Source: Oopsacas minuta
Lineage: Eukaryota; Animalia; Porifera
DNA length: 64,000 nucleotides
NCBI GenBank assembly: GCA_024704765.1
Contig: JAKMXF010000055.1
Coordinates: forward strand, 132,353 to 196,352
Direction of reading: 5' to 3'
In this document: positions 1 through 10,763 of the stretch, piece after piece
Position numbering within the stretch: the first letter of the stretch is position 1
Layout: each line of letters starts with the position of its first letter
Made by a program: the position numbers and the translations under genes
Notes under the pieces: generated by a model
Told to the model about the DNA's origin: nothing
The model's database searches: none
What the model saw: the letters and a program-made list of their open reading frames with translations, nothing else

Positions 1-31
1 AACAAACAAACAAACAAACAAACAAACAAAC
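1..31 (+). repeat. (AAAC)n microsatellite, probably the tail of a reverse-oriented copy of the Helitron-like repeat
   Basis: Direct tandem AAAC units. The same tract occurs near the 5' end of the Helitron-like family. Confidence 0.85.
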
Positions 32-57
32 GGACGAATAAACATAGCAATTAAAAA

Positions 58-492
58 TCTATATTATTGAATCTCAATTGTTGTCTGACTGCTTGTTTGT
101 TTGTTTGTTTGTTGTCCGTTGTCAAGGAAAGGATTTACGGTATGCAATTTTGAATTTGTCGTATAACTATCTATTTATCGTGTTTATCAAGGAAGTAAAT
201 AATAATTCAATAAAACTTCATTAAACATATCGAACATGTTTAATCCGATTTTCACACTTTTGGATTAATCATATGTAAATTTATTGTTGTTTTTATGAAG
301 TAAACAAGTAAACAAATTTGCCAAATTTCAAACTGTACATACAGGCTTGCTCTAAACGGCTACAAAAGGGTAACTAAATATGATGAATACATCTATATTA
401 TAATACTCAAAGGGCCGTCAATTTGGAGAATAATGGATACGTCCAGGCACAAGGCGCTGAGTTCATCGCGAAGCGACGAGCCTAAAGCTCAG
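58..492 (+). mobile_element. Non-autonomous Helitron-like repeat, copy 1
   Basis: Starts A|TCTATATT, has a (TTTG)n tract near the 5' end and a GC-rich hairpin (CATCGCGAAGCGACG) near the 3' end. Homologous to copies at 8912-9344, 34108-34753, 52756-54532 and 55071-57960. No TSD. Confidence 0.6.
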
Positions 493-786
493 ATATATAT
501 TATCTTCCTAATGTAATATTGTATTATGATTGTTTTCATATAGACCTGGAAATGGAACGCCTGACCTTGGCGAAGGATGCTTCTACAGTCGAAACTGCTA
601 AAATGAGTTCTTGTTCAGAATTTGAATTTCTGAACAGATCACTGATAGATCTAGAAGAGGTAAATGGATGTTTTGAGTAAATAATACTGACCTCGTCCAT
701 TGTCTATACTATTATCAGAAGTAATTTCAGTTGACACAGACAGTGATTTGAGATTTTATTTCTTATTATTATCCATATTTGGAATA

Positions 787-867
787 CCGTATTTCCCCGA
801 ATAAGCGCCGGGGCGCTTATTTTTTTCGTTCATATGAAACCCCCGGCGCTTATTCGGGGAAATACGG
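787..867. mobile_element. 81-bp MITE, pogo/Tc1-mariner type
   Basis: Perfect 27-bp TIR CCGTATTTCCCCGAATAAGCGCCGGGG, flanked by TA on both sides (785-786, 868-869). Confidence 0.9.
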
Positions 868-1115
868 TATACCATATTCACTCCAAAATGATTTGAAATT
901 TCATTCTAAAACATCCAGCCTAGTTATCAATCTATACCCAAAATGTAATTTACCGATTTCTCATGATTTCTTAAATATACGAATACTTACAGACGGAAGC
1001 CTATAGTTATATTTTCTACGTTTTACAGCATTGTTGAGCCAATGATGGCTTAACTTACATATTTTCAGTGGAGAAAAGTTAATTATCCTCTCTTTCTCAT
1101 TCATTTTATCTTCAG

Positions 1116-1430
1116 GGGGATATTTACAACAGAAAATACTCTATTCAAGACTACACATGCTAAAGAAAGAAGAAAAAGAATTAGGATATGATCTAGAGAA
1201 GTTAGAGCTTGATCGTTACAGCTATATTCCACAAATTAAACAATTAGTTCATGAGAGCGCTTTAAGATTCAAAGAAAAATTTCTTCTACATGGCAGATAC
1301 CTCTTACTGCATCTCATTAGTAAGTAGTTATTCAATAAAAGAATTCTATTCACTGTGTGCCTCGGGTATAAAGAAATTCAGAATATTTTTACCGTCATGA
1401 TGACGTAACAATTCCATGATGAGTTAGCTC
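1116..1430 (+). pseudogene. Probable degraded N-terminal portion of the Transib/RAG1-like transposase
   Basis: Coding-like stretches (GYLQQKILYSRLHMLKKEEKELGYDLEK; YSIKEFYSLCASGIKKFRIFLPS) follow an AG acceptor at 1114-1115, are broken by stops and frameshifts, and lead into the core ORF. An ambiguous base at 1435 may be a contig join. Confidence 0.35.
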
Positions 1431-2774
1431 ATGANAGACCCAGTTCCTGATTCACACTACCCACTCAAAATTAAGATATCTGATGGATTGGATGGCTCCG
1501 GTTGTCATCAAACCTATAACCAACAAAGCAACAATTCTGCATTAAGCACAAAAACTTTCATTTTGTTCGGATTCAAAGTAATATCAATTACAGACACACT
1601 TGGAAATGACGTGTTCTATAACAGCTCACCCAACTCTCCGTTCTGCTTTAGGCCAGTAGCACTGATAGCTCTGAAAGAAGATTATTCTAGTGTAAAGCTT
1701 ATCATGAATACAATAGTCAATCCTCAAACAGACCATATCATACAGGATGGGTTATCTCTTATTGGAGGCCATGCACAGGTCGAGATAGTCCGTTCCCTTT
1801 TTGATACCAAGATGGCAGGATTGCTGGATGGAGCTGGTGGGGCTTCTTGTCATCTGTGTACTGCAACGGATAGCCAAATTAAAAGTTTAGAATGGGCCCA
1901 TTCTGGTTTCCCTATTAACAAACTAATTAGCGACGCTCGGCAACTTTTTGAAGAGGTTGATGAAGAAGATTACTTGAAACTCCCATCAAATCAACGTGTT
2001 GGTATTACGCATCAACCAACTTCTAACATCGATATTATAGCTGCATCTCCTTTGCATGCTTACCTTTGTGTATTCAGGTGGTTCATGCTGTTGATATACC
2101 ATCTTGATGCAGGACACAAGGTATGGGCGCCATCAAACTCGAAAGTAAATTTTTCCATGAAACGGGTTCGAGCTATACTCCAGGAAAGATGTAATTTCAG
2201 TGTCGATATCCCTTCAAGCCAGGGCGGCACTTCAACCACTGGTAACATTGCGCGAGACTACTTTTTAAATAAGAGAGACTTTTTGACGTGGGCCACTTCT
2301 TCCATTAATCCTTCAGATAAAATATCATTAGAGAAGATCCAGACAAATCTATCTGTTTTGTTAAGACTCCTCAACAGTGGTGACTTGATTAACTGTGACA
2401 AAATGCAAGAATTGTGCAAAGAAACGTACGAATTTATTCTAATTGAGTACCCATGGGCAAGCATCACTCCATCTTTGCACAAGTTACTTGCCCATTCGTT
2501 TCAGTTAATAGGTGCTTATAATAATGGTAAGGGATTACAGAATCTCTCTGAGGAATGTTTAGAATCCTGCAATAAATTTGTAAGGCGGTATCGGGAGAAT
2601 CTTGCAAGAAAAACTTCTTTCACTGATAATGTTAGAGATATTTTAGTCAGGTTGTTATGTTGTAGTGACCCCATCTTAGTACAGAATCATTTGATGCACG
2701 CAAAGAAGAAAAGAGACGTTGCAAATAGCCTCCAAGAGATATTATATAATAGTATACTATCAGATGATTTATGA
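1431..2774 (+). CDS. Transib/RAG1-like DDE transposase catalytic core (N-terminally truncated)
   Basis: Motifs GLD21GSG, PNSPFCFRP, SLFD125TKM, C140HLC143, SPLHA, GGTSTTGNIAR, TPSLH350KLLAH355, LSEECLE378SCNK..R..ARK and SDP match the RAG1/Transib RNase H fold with its C2H2 zinc site. Confidence 0.85.
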   Translation: MXDPVPDSHYPLKIKISDGLDGSGCHQTYNQQSNNSALSTKTFILFGFKVISITDTLGNDVFYNSSPNSPFCFRPVALIALKEDYSSVKLIMNTIVNPQTDHIIQDGLSLIGGHAQVEIVRSLFDTKMAGLLDGAGGASCHLCTATDSQIKSLEWAHSGFPINKLISDARQLFEEVDEEDYLKLPSNQRVGITHQPTSNIDIIAASPLHAYLCVFRWFMLLIYHLDAGHKVWAPSNSKVNFSMKRVRAILQERCNFSVDIPSSQGGTSTTGNIARDYFLNKRDFLTWATSSINPSDKISLEKIQTNLSVLLRLLNSGDLINCDKMQELCKETYEFILIEYPWASITPSLHKLLAHSFQLIGAYNNGKGLQNLSEECLESCNKFVRRYRENLARKTSFTDNVRDILVRLLCCSDPILVQNHLMHAKKKRDVANSLQEILYNSILSDDL

Positions 2775-3050
2775 TAATAAGTATATCCAATAGTCATACA
2801 TAATTAAGGGTCTTTAAATTGTACGTTATCAAATAGCAGAATAGAGACCATGACATGCATGTATTATCAACTTTCATAATATCCTCACTAATGAACCACA
2901 AGTGTTAAAAATTAGAAAATGTCAGTAATTACGTCATAACTAGGTTTATAGTCGTGCTACTAAATAATCATTGGTATTTTTGAAATCTACAGTGTCGATT
3001 TAGTATATGTAAGTATAATTGTGGCGATAATACAGATTCATTTACCTATT

Positions 3051-3080
3051 TCCCCATTATGGCCATTTTGCCACACTGTG
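3051..3080 (-). mobile_element. Right terminal inverted repeat of the Transib element, starting with the RSS heptamer CACAGTG
   Basis: Minus strand reads CACAGTGTGGCAAAATGGCCATAATGGGGA. Homology with duplicate copy B begins at the very next base (3081 vs 10330). Confidence 0.75.
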
Positions 3081-3514
3081 GGCCCCCGCTGTTGGCACCT
3101 TTAAGAAATTTAACTCTATGGGCAAATTTCCAGAGCATATATAGAGCCATTACATGTAGGAAAGGGTTCTAATAGCAAGTTATAACACTCAACTTCCAAT
3201 CTGAATGTAATTAAATGAAAACTGTAAAGGATAGCGTGAATTAGCACAAATCAACTTTACTAATATACTTCCATAAGACAGTTTCTTATTGTAAGAAACC
3301 TATCAAAGTTTAATGTTAAATATTTATGAGATACATTCTTAGTAGTTAATAACGTATAATTGTCACGGTGCACAAAGCTAACTTGAGCGTGGAGAAAGTA
3401 ATCAAAAGGAACTATCTTGAGAGTCATAATTGAAACTCTCAATAAATAATATCACGTGTATTTATACACACATCGGTACAAGTAACGAGATCCTAGGTAA
3501 ACATCCAATTTGCA

Positions 3515-5353
3515 ATGCAATGCAGCAAATTGCCTGTGAAGAGTATAAATAGCAATAATGCTACTATTTATGCCAAATTTTGTTTCCATTTACATGGTAG
3601 TAACAAAAACTTTTTCACAAACAGAAATAATTCAAATCCTGAAATGACAAAACCCGAAATTCGAGCAAGTTTTACGGTGAAACTCCAAGCTATTCTCAAA
3701 CCACAGTCTGCATCTTCTCGCGTGCCTAAAGCTACTCGTACACCCTCTGGGAAGAAAGTAACTTGGAATTTGGATGAGGAACAAGTACAACCAGGAGAGT
3801 CAAATGTTGCAGAAGTAGAAGTATGGCCTTCTCCAGATACCAAAGAAGATGCAGTTGAACCGTTTTCTAAGGAACATGGTAGTTATGTAATGTTACCAGG
3901 TATAAGTAGTGATGAAGACACCACCCCAACTCACGTATCTCATCACAGACAAGATAATATTTACGAACCGATTATCCCTATCCACATCAGAACCTTGAAT
4001 CCATTGAGAGCAGCTACATACCTTCCTAAAGTTTCACACAGACAAAGTACTTCACTTTCAAGCGCAGAAACTCCAAATGCAAATCAGGTTTTAGATCATA
4101 AAAGATTTTCAAGTTTGGATTATTTAGAAGAAGAAAAGTTGAATTACGAAAATCATCAAGAAGCGCCATGGTACAAAAAAGCTAATGTTGATTGGACCAA
4201 GAATAGATTGAAACCTGGTAGTGTTACAAAGCCAGTACGATTTGACCTCAACTCTTGGTCAGAGAAGGAAAGAAATCATTCAATTTTAGATGATCTTTCA
4301 CAGTTTCTTGATGAAAACACGGATTCGGCTGCATCGAACAAGCGAATATCATTTCCTCCTGATGACCAAATATCTACAATTGAAAGTGAAGTTTCTAGTG
4401 TTAATACATTTTTTGAGAATGAAGATCGAATTGTAAATACAGAATCGCTACCGTTTTTGTACGAAACTCCTCTGCAATACCAGCTCTATACATCTACACT
4501 ATCAAGCGCCTACAACACAATACTACCTCCATTGCAACATCAACCTCCATGCAAATATCAAGAAAACTATATTATACTTCCAATGCAGAGTTATACAATA
4601 AGTACAGTTTGTGAGGTTACGTTTTCTAGTCAAATAACTTTACTGCTCTCTGACTCACTAACAGAAATTACCTTTGAAACTAACGAAACTCCGTCCACAC
4701 CAACCATAACGAAAAAAGATTCCCCCACAATTTACGAATTATCAGATAGACAGTGTGAATCACAGAGACCATATATGAATATAGACATAGGACAAATGAA
4801 TCGTTACTGTATGCTAGGAGGGGATGAGGATTTAAACATTGGTTATAGAGCTCCACCGCGATATTTCACACCTCATGCAATAGGAGTTTGCTCGGAATGC
4901 AAAGAATACATCTACCCAGCTCCTTGTCAACTCGTTAGAATAAATAAAAGAATATTCCATCCTGATTGTTTCAAGTGCACAGATTGCTATTCACTTCTAC
5001 ATGTATCGTCTTATCAAGAAGTTCAAGGTAAATTCTACTGTCTACGTGATTTCAAGAGACATATTGATTGTCATGTTTGCAAACGACCGCTTGCTGCTTA
5101 TAGAGGAAGAGAAACCCCTGTTAATATATATGACAAGTTCTTTCACCCACAATGCTATCGCTGTACTTCATGCAGTACACAAAATCAGAAATTATCATTT
5201 GACGGAAGATGGCTACTTTGTATCCACTGTACACAAGCCAGACGTCAACAAACTATAAACCAAGGGTCACACTCGTCACTCTTTTTTAATGCATTTCTCG
5301 AATGCTGCAACATTACAACTCTTATCTATAATTTTCTAAACTGTAAATTTTAA
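3515..5353 (+). CDS. Intronless LIM-domain protein (two C-terminal LIM domains), copy A
   Basis: CSEC..HPDCFKCTDC..YCLRD and CHVC..HPQCYRCTSC..LCIHC fit the LIM consensus. The long N-terminus is Ser/Thr/acidic-rich. The true start may be a downstream ATG. Confidence 0.85.
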   Translation: MQCSKLPVKSINSNNATIYAKFCFHLHGSNKNFFTNRNNSNPEMTKPEIRASFTVKLQAILKPQSASSRVPKATRTPSGKKVTWNLDEEQVQPGESNVAEVEVWPSPDTKEDAVEPFSKEHGSYVMLPGISSDEDTTPTHVSHHRQDNIYEPIIPIHIRTLNPLRAATYLPKVSHRQSTSLSSAETPNANQVLDHKRFSSLDYLEEEKLNYENHQEAPWYKKANVDWTKNRLKPGSVTKPVRFDLNSWSEKERNHSILDDLSQFLDENTDSAASNKRISFPPDDQISTIESEVSSVNTFFENEDRIVNTESLPFLYETPLQYQLYTSTLSSAYNTILPPLQHQPPCKYQENYIILPMQSYTISTVCEVTFSSQITLLLSDSLTEITFETNETPSTPTITKKDSPTIYELSDRQCESQRPYMNIDIGQMNRYCMLGGDEDLNIGYRAPPRYFTPHAIGVCSECKEYIYPAPCQLVRINKRIFHPDCFKCTDCYSLLHVSSYQEVQGKFYCLRDFKRHIDCHVCKRPLAAYRGRETPVNIYDKFFHPQCYRCTSCSTQNQKLSFDGRWLLCIHCTQARRQQTINQGSHSSLFFNAFLECCNITTLIYNFLNCKF

Positions 5354-6409
5354 TTTTTATAAAAGTATTAAATTTATTATAATTTATTATACTTTATTAT
5401 TCTATTATTAGAATGGAATTAAATCGCTTTTGAATTGCAAATAATGTTCAGCATACGATATAACCGATGAAAAAATATGTTACGGTTTGGGGCCATATTG
5501 TAGAATTCGGGACACTCGATATACATAGATATTTCGAATTTTGAATTTATATATCTGAGTTGGATATAACGGGATTTGACTGTAGCAGGTATATTATGCC
5601 AGCAGGATTATAATTTATGCAAAGCTAAGCCTTGTAATAATACTTTTAGACAGATTCAAATCGCGTTTGAGATAGAACAGACAGTCTAATTATTACTATA
5701 ATATCTCTTGGAAAATCCTACATAAAATAGCAATTATGATTCTACGCAGCAACAGACAATAAGTATATCAGAAATTATGTTTAACTCCATTTAATAGCAA
5801 TTGGGTGATATCTATCCAGTAATAATCATAATGCATTACTCAAACAAGACAATTTGGTGTTAATAATAGCCAATAATTGTGTGTTTGTGTCGAAGTTAGA
5901 AAATGTACTTGAAATCCCGGGTTTAATTAGCACCGGGGGCAAAAGCTGTACTCACAATTTGTGGTAAATTTAGTGATCAACATTTCATTGTTAAAAGATG
6001 TTTATGGAAAATAGCAAAGAAAGTTGAAAATAAAAGCAATCACTATTCAAAACGTATACACAAATTTCCATTATTCGTATAAGATAATTATTAATAATAA
6101 AACGAATAATAATTAACCAAACTGTGTTGCAATATTTGTTATATTCTGTGTAAACAAATTAATTATTAGCAACTCAATGAATTAACCAGAAGATAAGAAT
6201 TGAAAGATTATTTTATGTACAGAAAAGGTTATACAAAAATACACTTCCTTTTTGTTAAAATTTCCATAAATAATTATCTCAAACTGTACATGTATATCTG
6301 TTAGGAGGGTTTGTGGCTTATGGCAATATTGGTACATACACTTCTTTGAGTTTATCGTTATAAATCATTGCGGGACATATATACTAAGATATTAATGTAT
6401 TTCGTATGT

Positions 6410-7277
6410 NNNNNNNNNNNNNNNNNNNNNNNNNNNNNNNNNNNNNNNNNNNNNNNNNNNNNNNNNNNNNNNNNNNNNNNNNNNNNNNNNNNNNNNNNNN
6501 NNNNNNNNNNNNNNNNNNNNNNNNNNNNNNNNNNNNNNNNNNNNNNNNNNNNNNNNNNNNNNNNNNNNNNNNNNNNNNNNNNNNNNNNNNNNNNNNNNNN
6601 NNNNNNNNNNNNNNNNNNNNNNNNNNNNNNNNNNNNNNNNNNNNNNNNNNNNNNNNNNNNNNNNNNNNNNNNNNNNNNNNNNNNNNNNNNNNNNNNNNNN
6701 NNNNNNNNNNNNNNNNNNNNNNNNNNNNNNNNNNNNNNNNNNNNNNNNNNNNNNNNNNNNNNNNNNNNNNNNNNNNNNNNNNNNNNNNNNNNNNNNNNNN
6801 NNNNNNNNNNNNNNNNNNNNNNNNNNNNNNNNNNNNNNNNNNNNNNNNNNNNNNNNNNNNNNNNNNNNNNNNNNNNNNNNNNNNNNNNNNNNNNNNNNNN
6901 NNNNNNNNNNNNNNNNNNNNNNNNNNNNNNNNNNNNNNNNNNNNNNNNNNNNNNNNNNNNNNNNNNNNNNNNNNNNNNNNNNNNNNNNNNNNNNNNNNNN
7001 NNNNNNNNNNNNNNNNNNNNNNNNNNNNNNNNNNNNNNNNNNNNNNNNNNNNNNNNNNNNNNNNNNNNNNNNNNNNNNNNNNNNNNNNNNNNNNNNNNNN
7101 NNNNNNNNNNNNNNNNNNNNNNNNNNNNNNNNNNNNNNNNNNNNNNNNNNNNNNNNNNNNNNNNNNNNNNNNNNNNNNNNNNNNNNNNNNNNNNNNNNNN
7201 NNNNNNNNNNNNNNNNNNNNNNNNNNNNNNNNNNNNNNNNNNNNNNNNNNNNNNNNNNNNNNNNNNNNNNNNNNNNN
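6410..7277. other. Assembly gap (868 N)
   Basis: Run of N. The corresponding segment in copy B is about 1.5 kb (13440-14985). Confidence 1.
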
Positions 7278-8031
7278 AAGAAAGTAGTAGCCCAACTTAT
7301 CAAGGACTATACCTCAGCTGCGAATGAGCTACAGGATACATTAACTGATAAAAAATAAGTAGGAAGATGAAGTGAGAGAATTGAAAGAGAAGAACTCTGC
7401 TCTCCTGAGAGAGAAAGGAAAGAGGGGTAGGAACAAAAGAGATAGCAGATTAAGATTACAACGGGATAAGGAGCTAGAAGGAACGTTCCAGATTCTTCTG
7501 GAAGAATCTCAAAAGGAAATACTTAATCTTGAATCAGAGAGAGACTCTCATAAAACTGCAGCTGATAAGTACAGAGGTTAGTATTGTCTATTCTTAAGAA
7601 TATATTAACAATAAGTATAGATAATAATTGTATTTATAGCTGAGCGTGAGAAGGTTAAACTAGCTGTTGAGGAACAGAAAATAATTCAAGAAACTCTGAA
7701 ATCTGAGTACGAACAGAAAGCTGCAGATGCTCTATACCAAATTACTACATTAACAAATACATTGAAACAATCTGAAGAACAGAATCATAAGCAGTTGGAA
7801 GAAAATAATAAACTTAAAAGAGAACTAACAAGGAATAAATATCCGAATATAAAGAGTGATAACAACAACAATACTGAGGGTAATATTGTCAATTCTGGAG
7901 TTATCAGCACATATCCTCCTATCCTCTCACAGGGCTCACAGAATGAGCATAGTCCGTCTTATCACAAGATCAGCTCTTTGATAACATCCGTTCAAGGTAC
8001 AGACTTACGTATACTAACAATTATTGTATGA
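7278..8031 (+). pseudogene. Coiled-coil protein gene, 3' part, copy A (5' part lies in the gap)
   Basis: Near-identical to 14986-15736 and carries the same frameshift/stop as copy B. Confidence 0.55.
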
Positions 8032-8352
8032 ACTATCCTCAGTTGCGGAGTTAGCCAGCCATTACTGGTGGGGTACAGGTTATTAAGCTGGGACATACTT
8101 AAAATTATTCCACATTCTTTACAATCTGAGCATTAACAAATAGGAAGAAATATCCTTTCGAGTGTACTTTGTTGCCCTATTCTAGCCGTTAAGAAGAAGT
8201 CTCCCCGCTTGTTTCAAGATTTCAATTATTTGTTTACTTTATATTTCATGAAAACAACAATAAATTTATATATGATTAATTATATTAAAAGTGTGAAAAT
8301 CGGATTCAGTATATTCGATATATTTTTTTTCTTGAATTCTGTTTATTTTTTG

Positions 8353-8600
8353 TTAACTCGATAAATGCAAAATCTTGTAATTTCTAGATTTGAGTTCAAT
8401 ATAGCATTCGATAAATCCTTTCCTTATGACAACCCTAGTTGAACTAAGTCCGCTCGAATTGATATTTTCATTTGGCATACTTATGCCAAATATTTGAGTT
8501 ATATTTAAGTAGAAACCGGATTTCTCACTATTCAATTGCACGGAAATATCGTCAGAAAAAACCGATGTAAAATGAAAGTAAATCCCACTTTCTTCACAAT
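8353..8600 (-). CDS. Orphan exon (DCEESGIYFHF...) of unknown product, also present at 16058-16300
   Basis: Pyrimidine-rich AG acceptor at 8601-8602 on the minus strand, followed by an open frame to the stop at 8353. Begins with DCE like the SRCR B-type exons. Confidence 0.35.
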
Positions 8601-8911
8601 CTGAGAAGGAATAATATTTTAAGAAATAGGTGATAAGATAAAACTGTTTCGATTGTATGCTGGTAATATTATATAGACCATTCGCATCCCTGTGTAAAAA
8701 GTGGGGGATATATCCCCGGGATTTATGCCCATTGCGTGAATACTAGAGAATTTCGTCAAATTGTGGGTAGTGGCTCGATTTAGTTCAAATATTTATTCTT
8801 TAACATGTCATGATATTCTTATTTACCGAGTTCGATCGAACGATGTTAAACTGTATGTATCAGTCATTAACAAGTAAACCAATAATCTTATCGTTCGAAA
8901 TTAATTACCAA

Positions 8912-9344
8912 CGAGCCTTTGGCTCGTCGCTTCGCGATGAACTCGGCGCATTGCGCCTCGAAGTATTCAACGAACAAACAAACAGACAAACAACAATTGA
9001 GATTATTAATTTTGGTGTTGTTACCAATATTCAGACTAAGAATACTCGATTACTCCAGTATAGTCGTTGAAAGTATGATTATACCTCAATATTGAGATTT
9101 GTTTACTTTATATTCATAAAAACAACAATAAATTTACATATGATTAATCCAAGAGTGTGGAAATCGGATTCAGCATGTTCGATATATTTTTTGAAGTTTA
9201 TTGAATTCCAATTACTTCCTTGATAAACACGATAAATACATAGTTATGCAGAACTTTCAAATTGCATACCATAAATCCTTTCCTTGACAACGGACAAACA
9301 AATTAACAAACAAACAAACAATCATTGAGATTTAATAATATAGA
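8912..9344 (-). mobile_element. Non-autonomous Helitron-like repeat, full copy
   Basis: Minus strand reads A|TCTATATT...hairpin...GGCTCG|T. Homologous to 58-492. Confidence 0.65.
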
Positions 9345-10763
9345 TTATATCTAATAAGAAATATCTACAAATTCTTTGAAGAGGGAAAACTTGACTACAC
9401 ATTTCATTTTTCCATTAATACTACACAGTATTCTTCACGCTAGGGAATATTTACGGAAGGGGAGGAATACTTATGAAACCTGCATTTTAAGAGGAAAAGT
9501 TACGTAGTTTCCTACACTTTGCTAATCGCGATAAATATAGAGTTATGCAACATCTTTGGATTGCAATTGCAATTGCAAAATATCAACCATAAATCCTATT
9601 CTTGACAACAGAGAAAACAACAAACAAACATCAATTGAGATTTAATGATATTGTTGATAACAATCGTAAAGCTCTTACATAAAGGTAGTCCAGCCTATAT
9701 ATATATATACGACAAATTAATGATACAATCTGATAGGCCTGAATACTGCGGTTGATAATACCAAATCTTACAACTTATCTTACAACTTGCGGTTGATAAT
9801 TAACAAAATAATTAAATGTCTCTCAGATTTACGTTAAATGCACATTATTTGTTAATTACTACCAGAAACTTAAAGCCAAGTTCGTAAAAATATGGAGTTT
9901 TATGTAATAAATTTCAAAAGGTTCAACTGGAGTTGTTATGAACGGACTTGGTTATAACGGCTAAAAATTCAGTATCTTTTGGCCTAAAGGAGGCAACAAA
10001 TAACTTCTTTAAAAGGGAAATTTATACTGATATTTCGGAATATACAAGTTGGTGTGTCCGGCTTTGAGCAATTCACAGTTTAGCAACACTATTTGGAGGG
10101 CTTAGCTCCCCACACTACCAGACAATATCTGAGGCGTTTTGATAACTACATTATTTTCAAGTGCGGCACATCCATTTCAAAAGTGGTACAACGTAATATT
10201 TTATTATATCTAAAGTTGTATGGCGATACGGGACCAAATAATACAAAATGTACCAGGAATAGTTATGACTAATTGTTTCCGAATTCTTCTTAGGCCGATG
10301 AGAGGGGGAGATCCGCGATAAATTCCCAAGGCCCCCGCTGTTGGCACCTTTAAGAAATTTAACTCTATGGGCAAATTTCCAGAGCATATATAGAGCCATT
10401 ACGTGTAGGAAAGGGTTCTAATAGCAAGTTATAACACTCAACTTCCAATCTGAATGTAATTAAATGAAAACTGTAAAGGATAGCGTGAATTAGCACAAAT
10501 CAACTTTACTAATATACTTCCATAAGACAGTTTCTTATTGTAAGAAACCTATCAAAGTTTAATGTTAAATATTTATGAGATACATTCTTAGTAGTTAATA
10601 ACGTGTAATTGTCACGGTGCACAAAGCTAACTTGAGCGTGGAGAAAGTAATCAAAAGGAACTATCTTGAGAGTCATAATTGAAACTCTCAATAAATAATA
10701 TCACGTGTATTTATACACACATCGGTACAAGTAACGAAACCCTAGGTAAACATCCAATTTGCA

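Larger units (their letters stand above)
3081..8595 (+). repeat. Segmental duplication or haplotype, copy A
   Basis: Near-identical to 10330-16300. Contains the N gap. Confidence 0.9.

Noticed and set aside
779-1006. 75-aa ORF
   Set aside because: It runs through the 81-bp palindromic MITE and has no protein-family signal.
1351-1357. Second CACTGTG heptamer
   Set aside because: It lies inside degraded coding-like sequence, points the same way as the right end, and lacks the CAAAATGGCC continuation. Likely chance.
3051-3080. Canonical 12/23 RSS nonamer (ACAAAAACC) in the Transib end
   Set aside because: No such nonamer at 12 or 23 bp from the heptamer. Only the heptamer and a nearby A-rich patch match.
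6368-7327. Four long ORFs in the track
   Set aside because: They are artefacts of translating through the 868-N gap.
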